Below, one piece after another: positions 39,445-50,659 of a stretch of 64,000 bases of DNA (position 1 is its first letter; each line of letters starts with the position of its first letter). Under the pieces are notes generated by a model. The model was not told the origin of the DNA. It did not search any database and saw nothing but the letters and a program-made list of their open reading frames with translations. The position numbers and the translations under genes were made by a program. This DNA is from Anolis carolinensis (taxonomy: Eukaryota): assembly GCF_035594765.1 (NCBI RefSeq), contig NW_026943819.1:30306703-30370702 (forward strand). The letters run 5' to 3'.

Positions 39445-41862
39445 GGAGAACTATAACTCCCAGGAACCCATGGAGAACTATAACTCCCAGTAACCTATGG
39501 AGAACTATAACTCCCAGGAACCCATGGAGAACTATAACTCCCAGTAGCCCATGGAGAACTACAACTCCCAGTAACCCATGGAGAAATATAACTCCCAGGA
39601 ACCCATAGCATTTGGCCAATGCCGCATCCGTTCTACAATGCAGACCTACCTAGGGAAGATGCAAGATCTTGGAGAACTATAACTCCCAGTAAGCCATGGA
39701 GAATTATAACTCCCAGTAGCCCATGGAGAACTATAACTCCCAGTAAGCCATGGAGAATTATAACTCCCAGTAGCCCATGGAGAACTATAACTCCCAGTAG
39801 CCCATGGAGAACTATAACTCCCAGTAGCCCATGGAGAACTATAACTCCCAGTAGCCCATGGAGAACTATAACTCCCAGTAGCCCATGGAGAACTATAACT
39901 CCCAGTAGCCCATGGAGAACTATAACTCCCAGTAGCCCATGGAGAACTATAACTCCCAGTAGCCCATGGAGAACTATAACTCCCAGTAAGCCATGGAGAA
40001 CTATAACTCCCAGTAGCCCATGGAGAACTATAACTCCCAGTAAGCCATGGAGAATTATAACTCCCAGTAGCCCATGGAGAACTATAACTCCCAGTAGCCC
40101 ATGGAGAACTATAACTCCCAGTAGCCCATGGAGAACTATAACTCCCAGTAGCCCATGGAGAACTATAACTCCCAGTAGCCCATGGAGAACTATAACTCCC
40201 AGTAGCCCATGGAGAACTATAACTCCCAGTAAGCCATGGAGAATTATAACTCCCAGTAGCCCATGGAGAACTATAACTCCCAGTAGCCCATGGAGAACTA
40301 TAACTCCCAGTAGCCCATGGAGAACTATAACTCCCAGTAGCCCATGGAGAACTATAACTCCCAGTAGCCCATGGAGAACTATAACTCCCAGTAGCCCATG
40401 GAGAACTATAACTCCCAGTAAGCCATGGAGAATTATAACTCCCAGTAGCCCATGGAGAACTATAACTCCCAGTAGCCCATGGAGAACTATAACTCCCAGT
40501 AGCCCATGGAGAACTATAACTCCCAGTAAGCCATGGAGAATTATAACTCCCAGTAGCCCATGGAGAACTATAACTCCCAGTAGCCCATGGAGAACTATAA
40601 CTCCCAGTAGCCCATGGAGAACTATAACTCCCAGTAGCCCATGGAGAACTATAACTCCCAGTAGCCCATGGAGAACTATAACTCCCAGTAGCCCATGGAG
40701 AACTATAACTCCCAGTAGCCCATGGAGAACTATAACTCCCAGTAAGCCATGGAGAATTATAACTCCCAGTAGCCCATGGAGAACTATAACTCCCAGTAGC
40801 CCATGGAGAACTATAACTCCCAGTAGCCCATGGAGAACTATAACTCCCAGTAGCCCATGGAGAACTATAACTCCCAGTAGCCCATGGAGAACTATAACTC
40901 CCAGTAAGCCATGGAGAATTATAACTCCCAGTAGCCCATGGAGAACTATAACTCCCAGTAGCCCATGGAGAACTATAACTCCCAGTAGCCCATGGAGAAC
41001 TATAACTCCCAGTAGCCCATGGAGAACTATAACTCCCAGTAGCCCATGGAGAACTATAACTCCCAGTAGCCCATGGAGAACTATAACTCCCAGTAAGCCA
41101 TGGAGAATTATAACTCCCAGTAGCCCATGGAGAACTATAACTCCCAGTAGCCCATGGAGAACTATAACTCCCAGTAGCCCATGGAGAACTATAACTCCCA
41201 GTAAGCCATGGAGAATTATAACTCCCAGTAGCCCATGGAGAACTATAACTCCCAGTAGCCCATGGAGAACTATAACTCCCAGTAGCCCATGGAGAACTAT
41301 AACTCCCAGTAGCCCATGGAGAACTATAACTCCCAGTAGCCCATGGAGAACTATAACTCCCAGTAGCCCATGGAGAACTATAACTCCCAGTAGCCCATGG
41401 AGAACTATAACTCCCAGTAAGCCATGGAGAATTATAACTCCCAGTAGCCCATGGAGAACTATAACTCCCAGTAGCCCATGGAGAACTATAACTCCCAGTA
41501 GCCCATGGAGAACTATAACTCCCAGTAGCCCATGGAGAACTATAACTCCCAGTAGCCCATGGAGAACTATAACTCCCAGTAGCCCATGGAGAACTATAAC
41601 TCCCAGTAGCCCATGGAGAACTATAACTCCCAGTAGCCCATGGAGAACTATAACTCCCAGTAAGCCATGGAGAATTATAACTCCCAGTAGCCCATGGAGA
41701 ACTATAACTCCCAGTAGCCCATGGAGAACTATAACTCCCAGTAGCCCATGGAGAACTATAACTCCCAGTAAGCCATGGAGAATTATAACTCCCAGTAGCC
41801 CATGGAGAACTATAACTCCCAGTAGCCCATGGAGAACTATAACTCCCAGGAACCCATGGAGA
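39445..41862. repeat. 27-bp minisatellite, roughly 85-90 copies
   Basis: (ggagaactataactcccagtagcccat)n with an interspersed variant unit. Confidence 0.97.
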
Positions 41863-44761
41863 AATATACAATATTCGCAACTGCTCCTCCTCCTCCTCCT
41901 CCTCTTATTTGAGCATTTGCAGCAGGATAAAAATAAAAGCGTGACTCCTGCTGTTTACAAACCCCAATCGGACAGGAAATACCAAGCCACTTGCCCGAAA
42001 CATCGAATTTCGTAACCATTTATTTCACAAAATATATAAAACCCCATCGGGCCCGAAGAAGCCATTGAAAGTCCTGGGAGCTGTAGTTTTGCAAGGCCTT
42101 TGGCCTTCTGTGCCACAGGATGCCGATGTGTCAGCAAACTACAAATCCCAGCATTGCATTGCATTGCATTGAGTCAATGCAATTTAATGAGAGGTGGGGT
42201 CCCGCAAAGAGGATTTCCTGAAGCAGCTTCCCCTTTGGCTTTGGCTCAGCACTATGATGCTCATGCCATGCGCAGCACCCTCATTTTGGGGAGGTGGGCA
42301 TTAGATCCAAGTCAAGATGACATCTGTCAGTCTTCTGGGGTCTACACGGCGATGGCGTTCTGCTTTGGAAGCATTGCAGAGCCCCATGGGAACCTTTGGA
42401 GGTGTCTGACCCACCAAGCGCATGAGCGCGATGCCTCCATGCGCTGCTTGGACGAGAGATAAGGCCGGGGCCTTTCGCACTCCATGCGCTCCCAGAGATA
42501 AGCGCCGTCGGCACCTCTGAGCGCACTTGCAGCTGCCAAGGAGGCTTCCAAAAAAAGGCGCTGGAGCGCGCAGGAAGAATACGCACCCCTGCGCATAAGT
42601 GCATGCATGTGCCCATTCTGTAGGACTGCAGAATCAGCTCCAAGCAAGGCCACAAGGAATAGCGCATGGGAGCAGAACTGCCCTTCATTAACTGAGGCTG
42701 GATCGACACTGCCATACAACCCAGATGATCAAATCAGATAATCCAGATTATCTGTTTTGAACTGGATTATATGCATCTACACCAGTGGTTCCCAAACTTA
42801 TTTGGCCCACCGCCCCCCTTCCAGAACAAATATTACTCAGCACCCCCTGGAAATTATTTTTTAATTTTAATAGCAATTAAATAGAAAGGAAATTGAAAAT
42901 TTCCAAGGGGGCAATGAGTAATATTTTTTCTGGAAGGGGGACGGTAGGCCAAATAAGTTTGGGAACCACTGCTCTACTGTATAGATATATATATAAATCT
43001 GTTCTGTCCATTTCTACCTTAATTCAAATAGCAAAACTACAAAACCCAGAAGTACGAAACTTGGCAACAAAACACATGGTCCTCCCCGCTGTGTTTAGAC
43101 GACAAAACCAAAACACAATTCGAAGTCCATGTCCCTCAAAATCCAAAAACAGCTATGTGCGCATGCGCGGAGCTGGCCCCTGCCCCCACCCTTGGAAGAC
43201 ATACGGGTATTTCAGCAACGCGCGAGCAGCCCAACCACCACGGCAGATGGCTTACCTTAATGTCAGGGGAAAACCTTTACCCTTTACCTTAACTACTAGT
43301 GTAATGAAGTATGAATTTTGGTTTACAGATGTTATGTTTAATTATAGATATATGTTTGGAATGGGTAAGTATTAGAGTTACCAGTGCGTGGGAGATGGTA
43401 GCCAGCTCAGCATTCTGAGGCAGGTTGCCATAGTAACGAGGGCGGAGCCATTTGGAGAAAAAGAGCAGAGTCTAAAAAGAAACTCAGTCTGTGATCTGAG
43501 AGTCACAGGGAAGAGACTGGTTCCAGGTTAGGGAAACCAGGGAAACTCAGATCTCTAGTTGTGTCATATTAAGCAAGTCAAGTGACTTGTTTGGGTTTAT
43601 TTGCAGAGTCTGAGTGGTAAGGGGAAGCAATCCCAGTTAGATCCAAAGTGATCAGTTGATAGCATCGGTTGCAAGAGAAGAAAAAGGTTTAAACTGCTCA
43701 AGGAAAGGAGAAAGTCTTTTGAAAGTGGATTCATCATATGTTATTATTGCAACTGTTGAAGAAAGTGTAACTCTAAGTGAAACTACTAAGCTCTGTGCCT
43801 GAATAAACGTGTTATTGTTCATTCAACATCCAAGCCTCTGTTGCATATATTCTAAACCAAGTTACGCTACCATCTAAAGTGAAGAAGAAGAAGAAAGGGA
43901 AAACACAGGAAAAGGTCTCCTCCCCGAGTCTTTGGTGGTGGCGCATTGCCAATTGGTGGTTGCATCTTTCTAAATTGGTGGCAGTCGTTAATAGTACTTT
44001 GCAAATTGGTGGCAGTGGTGGGATAAAAAGATTCCCCCTGCCTGAAGGAGCCTTAGATGTTCATAGTCCTTTACAACTACCAATTCCTCCATACTTTATT
44101 TCCCATACCACCATACTTCACCACAGCAACGCGTGGCCGGGCACAGCTAGTAGATATATATATAACCAAGGCACAAGAAACGGAGCAAACAGGGCTGGGT
44201 GCTCTTCCAAGGGTGAGAAAGCAAACACAAATGGCACCTGGATGCAAATACAACAATGGTGCCAAAGGGGCCCGATCCCTTGATTCTATAGCACTGAGCC
44301 ACGGCCTTGGAAGTGAGTGGAACCAAACTGCATTAACCGTACAGTGCAGGGAGCCTCCAAGAAGTTGTTGAGACGGTGGCGGCATTGCAACCCAACGTTG
44401 TCCCCAGGACTTTTGGTTGTGGAGGGTTCATAGAGTTTCTCCCCTTGGAGTCCTTCCTCATTAAGGAGAAGAATGTGTCTCTGGAAATAGAGGCAGGGAA
44501 GGGCCGGCAAAAGGGTGATGGGCCGAGCCGCCTTGCTTGTGTCAATGTCATGGGAGAGGCTCCCCACCCGCCCTTATCAGGACCAAAGACCACGATGGTG
44601 GGCGACAAGGAGAGAATCCCAACAATGTCCCGCGGCAGGAACGATGATCGGCCTCTTCGCTTGCTCTTTCGCACAACGCATCTTGAGTCACACTCTATGC
44701 AACACAATCGGGAAAACAAAGGTCCTGTCCCGGGCTTGAAAGTGTTGCTTCCTGTTTAATT

Positions 44762-45644
44762 GTGCGGTCCTTCATTTTTTTTTTTTTTTTGTCAAATATT
44801 TTTATTGAAAATTTTATATTAAGGAATATGAGAAAGAGAAAATAAAAAAAAATTGCACATCGAAAGTGGTAGAACATTGTTTGTTTATAGTAAAGTAGGA
44901 AATAAGGTAGAAAAGAGAGAGAAAAAAGAAAAAAATGAAAAAAAAATTTGCACATCGAAAGTGGTAGAACATTGTTTGTTTATAGTAAAGTAGGAAATAA
45001 GGTAGAAGAGAGAGAGAAAAAAATAAAAAAAATAAAAAAAAAATTGCACATCGAAAGTGGTAGAACATTGTTTGTTTATAGTAAAGTAGGAAATAAGGTA
45101 GAAGAGAGAGAAAAAAAAGAAAAAAAATTGAAAAAAAAATTGCACATCGAAAGTGGTAGAACATTGTTTGTTTATAGTAAAGTAGGAAATAAGGTAGAAG
45201 AGAGAGAGAAAAAAGAAAAAAAATTGGAAAAAATTGCACATCGAAAGTGGTAGAACATTGTTTGTTTATAGTAAAGTAGGAAATAAGGTAGAAGAGAGAG
45301 AGAAAAAAGAAAAAAAATTGGAAAAAATTGCACATCGAAAGTGGTAGAACATTGTTTGTTTATAGTAAAGTAGGAAATAAGGTAGAAGAAAGAGAAAAAA
45401 AAGGATTTTGTTGACTTCCATCTAACTTTAACTGGTTCATCCTAAAAAAACAACTGTATATATACAAATTAATAAATCACCGCATCCCCTTCGTCATCGA
45501 TAACCTCAAAGATTGTCTCTAAATCAGCAAATAGGTTCCAATTACATTTGTTTTAGATAGTCCTTTACCAAGTCCCAATTAGTCTCTTTCTTCGGCAAAC
45601 CTTGATTTGAAGATAACCAATATGTGAGTGCGGTCCTTCATTTT
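44762..45644 (-). mobile_element. 5'-truncated L1-type insertion with an internal ~95-bp x6 tandem repeat
   Basis: 17-bp TSD GTGCGGTCCTTCATTTT, TTTT/AA site, poly(A) tail, ORF2-like C-terminus KKETNWDLVKDYLKQM*. Confidence 0.8.
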
Positions 45645-46424
45645 AAAGGAGTCGTTCTGCTCCAGAAACGTTGTTCTTGTGGAATCGGTTGAGACTCGAC
45701 GATGAGACAGATCTTCCTTGGAAAACTAGAGCAAAATGTGATAGAACCAATCAGGAAATACAGTAGAGTCTCACTTATCCAACATAAACGGGTGGCAGAT
45801 CGTTGGATAAGCCAAAATGTTGGATAATAGGGAGGGATTAAGGAAATTAAGGATTAAGACATTAAATCATTAATTACGTTATGATTTTACAAATTAAGCA
45901 ACAAAACATCATGTTTTACAACAAATCGACAGAAAAGGCAGTTTAAGACATGGTAACGTTACGTAGTAATTACTGTATTTACAAATTTAGCACCAAAACA
46001 TCACAATGTATTGAAAACATCGACTGCAGAAACATCTATATATATAAAAGAGTGATGGCATCATGGCAGCGGACAAAACAACAAAAGTAAACACCCCACA
46101 ACCTTGAAAATTGACAGCACAACCCCTCATCCATGCCTCCAGGTTGATACAACAAAAAGAAAAGAAAAATAAAGTCCTAATTAGAGGGAGAGGAATAATT
46201 GTTTTTATCCAATTGCTGCCAGTTAGAAGGCTAAGCTCCGCTCACTTGGTCTCCTAGCAACCCACTCAGCCCAGGGGACCCTTTACCTTAACTACCACCA
46301 ATTCCTCAATTATTTCCCATACCATCATACTTCGCCACAGCAACGTGTGGCCGGGCACAGCTAGTTAACTACTAAAAGGCAAACTGCGTTGGATAATACA
46401 GAATGTTGGATAAGCAAAGGTTAA

Positions 46425-47290
46425 GAGAGGTCCAACCCAATGATGCCATGCAGGAAAAGCACAATCAAAGCATCCCCGACAGATGGACATCCAGCCTCTG
46501 TTTCAAAGCCTCCAAGGAAGGCGCTTCCACCAGACTCCGAGGCAGAGAGTTCCGCTGCTGAACGGATTGTACAATCAAGAAGTTCTTCCTAATAAAGTTC
46601 AGGTGGAATCTCCTCTCCCGTCCTTTGAACCCATGGCTCCATTGAGTCCTAGTTTCCAGAAAACAGGCCTCTCCGTCTTCCTTATGGCATCCTTTCACAT
46701 ATTTAGACGTGGCTCTTCTCCTGTATCCTTCTCTCAATCTTCTCTTCTGAGGAGATCCAGGTCTTTAAGACACTCCTCAGAGGGATTATTCATGGTCTCC
46801 AGACCTTGGATCCTCTTCCTCTGGACTCCTTAGAGTCAATCTCTCTTTTGGACTGTGGGACCCAGAATTGGACACGGTGTGGTTCCAGGAGAAGAGGTCT
46901 GACCAAAGCAGACCTTCTTCCCTTGATTGGGACACTCGACCCCTTTGGATGCAGCCCAGAATCCCATTGCCCATTTGAGCTGCTGCATCACACTCTTGGC
47001 TCATGTTCAGCTTGTTCTCCATGAAGACTCCAAGATCCTTTTCACATGGAACCATGCCTGAGTGGAGCATCTTATATTTCTCCTTGTTGACATCCACTGT
47101 GTGAGTTTTGGCCAATCATCTCTCTCATGGGTTGAGGTCCTTTTGCCTCCTGGTCTTGTCCTCTGGAGTCTTGACTCTCCCAATTTGGTCCCATCTGAAA
47201 ACTTGATAAGAAGAAGGTCCTCCAAACCTTCATCCAAGTCATTGATGAAGATGTTGTCTGGTCTTGATGGCATCCTTCTTCCATTACTTT
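46425..47290 (-). mobile_element. Degraded CR1 LINE 3' fragment
   Basis: NIFINDLDEG, EKDLGV..KLNMSQECDAAA and EAPSLEALKQRLD motifs with frameshifts. Confidence 0.85.
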
Positions 47291-48167
47291 GCCCACAACA
47301 AGACACAAAGCTATTATTCCAGGTGAGAAGGTCTTCCCAAACCAGAACTTCATCCAAGTCATTGATGAAGATGTTGTCTGGTCTTGATGGCATCTTTCTT
47401 CCATTACTTTGCCCACAAAGAGACACAAAGCTATTATTCCAGGTGAGAAGGTCTTCCCAAACCAGAACTTCATCCAAGTCATTGATGAAGATGTTGTCTG
47501 GTCTTGATGGCATCTTTCTTCCATTACTTTGCCCACAAAGAGACACAAAGCTATTATTCCAGGTGAGAAGGTCTTCCCAAACCAGAACTTCATCCAAGTC
47601 ATTGATGAAGATGTAGTCTGGTCTTGATGGCATCCTTCTTCAATGACTTTGCCCAGAACGAGACACAGCGCCATCCTTCCAGGTGAGAAGGTCTTCCCAA
47701 ACCAGAACTTCATCCAAGTCATTGATGAAGATGTTGTCTGGTCTTGATGGCATCCTTCTTCAATGACTTTGCCCAGAACGAGACACAAAGCTATTATTCC
47801 AGGTGAGAAGGTCTTCCCAAACCAGAACTTCATCCAAGTCATTGATGAAGATGTTGTCTGGTCTTGATGGCATCCTTCTTCAATGACTTTGCCCAGAACG
47901 AGACACAAAGCTATTATTCCAGGTGAGAAGGTCTTCCCAAACCAGAACTTCACCCAAGTCATTGATGAAGATGTTCCTCTCTTGATGGCATCCTTCTTCC
48001 ATTACTTTGCCCAGAACAAGACACAAAGTTATTATTCCGGGTGAGAAGGTCTTCCCAAACCAGAACTTCATCCAAGTCATTGATGAAGATGTTGTCTGGT
48101 CTTGATGGCATCCTTCTTCCATGACTTTGCCCAGAACAAGACACAGAGCCATCCTTCCAGGTGAGAA
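47230..48167. repeat. 120-bp tandem repeat (~8 units) derived from CR1 sequence
   Basis: 120-bp period directly visible. Confidence 0.9.
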
Positions 48168-48349
48168 CTTTGGGCAACGGCTTATGGTGTCCTCCATCCT
48201 CTACGTATGGAGCCCCGGTGCCGAACGGCACGAATTCTCCATCTAGAAATGGTCCTCAGAGAAAACAGAAGTGTTGGGAGGGAGGGTTTGTCCTTCCGCA
48301 CAAGACGAGGGGAAAAAGTTGGCCAACTCTTCCATCGCATCCCGGGGAG

Positions 48350-48576
48350 GAATGTTTACACCATGCTCATTAAGAGAGCGGCGCATTTGTGAGATTAGGG
48401 ACCGAAATCTGGTGGACAGCTTACACTGGAGGAGATAAGGCGGCGAAGGCGACCATCGGAGACCAGATCCAATTACTGAGACCTGGGCGAAAGGGGGTGG
48501 GATCCGGGGGAGAGGCGTCTGCATCACAAGTGCCCGGCCAGAGCTTCCAGACTTGACGAGCTCCGTATATATATAT
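48350..48576 (+). promoter_or_regulatory. BMP10 proximal promoter
   Basis: TGTTTAC (forkhead) at ~48353, AGATAA at 48433, CAAGTG (NKX2-5-like) at 48527, TATA run at 48566-48576. Confidence 0.55.
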
Positions 48577-48637
48577 CTATCTATCTCTATCCACTGCGCT
48601 GAGCCTGGGACGGCCGTATCTCTCTCTAGGTGAAGCC

Positions 48638-49020
48638 ATGGGAAGGGTGACCATGAGGTTGGTGGCCTTGCAGATGTGGGCCCTTGTGTTGCTCAGGTTT
48701 GGAGACGGAGGCCCCATCCGAGACCTGGATGCGCCGGAGGACGTGGCCTTCTTCGACGAGCAGGACCCCGTCCTGCAGAACCTGTTGAAGGCCCTCAACA
48801 TCTCCGAGGTCCCCGTCCAGGAGCCGGCCAAGGTGGAGCCTCCTGAATACATGCTGGAGCTCTTCCACCGCTTCGCCCTGGACAAGAGCTCCATGCCCGC
48901 CGCCAACATCGTCCGCAGCTTCAAGAACGAAGGTAAGGAGACCTTGGAGACCGGCCGGCCGGACGTTGCCTCGCTCTTGGTGACCTCTTGGGCGGCGGGG
49001 GGGGGGGGGGGGGAAGGAAA

Positions 49021-49062
<42 letters not shown>

Positions 49063-49154
49063 TTATTATGACACAGCAAACAAGATAGATATGCTGGATT
49101 TCATATCACAAAATCACAAGTCAAACACTTCCCAAGTGTCTAGGACTGTGTGAT

Positions 49155-49194
<40 letters not shown>

Positions 49195-49279
49195 GACACA
49201 GCAAACAAGATAGATATGCTGGATTTCGTATCACAAAATCACAAGTCAAACACTTCCCAAGTGTCTAGGACTGTGTGAT

Positions 49280-49333
<54 letters not shown>

Positions 49334-49541
49334 TATGACACAGCAAACAAGATAGATATGCTGGATTTCATATCACAAAATCACAAGTCAAACACTTCCC
49401 AAGTGTCTAGGACTGTGTGATGTATGATTATTATTATTATTATTATTATTATTATGACACAGCAAACAAGCTAGATATGCTGGATTTCGTATCACAAAAT
49501 CACAAGTCAAACACTTCCCAAGTGTCTAGGACTGTGTGATG

Positions 49542-49598
<57 letters not shown>

Positions 49599-50445
49599 GA
49601 CACAGCAAACAAGATAGATATGCTGGATTTTGTATCACAAAATCACAAGTCAAACACTTCCCAAGTGTCTAGGACTGTGTGATGTATTTTCGGATGATGC
49701 TGCAGATCCCAGTAGGGTGGTCTTTTGCAGCTGGCAGATCGTAATTTTGTCAATGTCTATTGTTTCCAAATGCCGGCTGAGATCTTTTGGCACGGCACCC
49801 AGTGTGCCCATCACCACCGGGACCACCTGCACTGGTTTCTGCAGAGTCTTTGAAGTTCAATCTTGAGGTCCTGATAGCGGCTGAGTTTTTCCTGTTGTTT
49901 TTCGTCAATGCGACTGTCACCTGGGATGGCGACATCAATGATCCAAACCTTTTTCTTTTCCACAACTGTGATGTCTGGTGTGTTGTGTTCCAGAACTTTG
50001 TCAGTCTGGATCCGGAAGTCCCACAGTATCTTTGCGTGCTCATTTTCCAGTACTTTTGCAGGTTTGTGATCCCACCAGTTCTTTGCTGCTGGGAGGTGGT
50101 ACTTGAGGCATAAGTTCCAATGAATCCTTTGGGCCACATAGTTGTGCCTCTGTTTGTAGTCTGTCTGTGCGATTTTCTTACAGCAGCTGAGGATATGATC
50201 AATGGTTTCGTCGGTTTCCTTGCACAGTCTGCATTTTGGGTCATCAGCTGATTTTTCGATCTTGGCCTGAATGGCCTTTGTCCTAATGTCTTGCTCCTGG
50301 GCTGCAAGGATCATTATTATTATTGTTATTATTATTATTATTATTATTAATGGCCTTTGTCCTGATGTCTTGCTCCTGGGCTGCAAGGATCAGGCCTTCT
50401 GTCTCCTTCTTCAGGGTCCCATTCGTGAGCCAGAGCCAGGTCTTC

Positions 50446-50492
<47 letters not shown>

Positions 50493-50585
50493 GCCTTTGT
50501 CCTGATGTCTTGCTCCTGGGCTGCAAGGATCAGGCCTTCTGTCTCCTTCTTCAGGGTCCCATTCGTGAGCCAGAGCCAGGTCTTC

Positions 50586-50659
<74 letters not shown>

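Noticed and set aside
39619-42015. 798-aa ORF (and 744-aa antisense ORF)
   Set aside because: Translation of a 27-bp minisatellite that lacks stops; no promoter, splice or domain evidence.
47007-47962. Repetitive 208-296-aa ORFs
   Set aside because: Products of the 120-bp CR1-derived array.
49811-50386. Host gene encoding a nuclease-like protein (also 347-730 and 60200-60703)
   Set aside because: Truncated, frameshifted R4 retrotransposon fragments.
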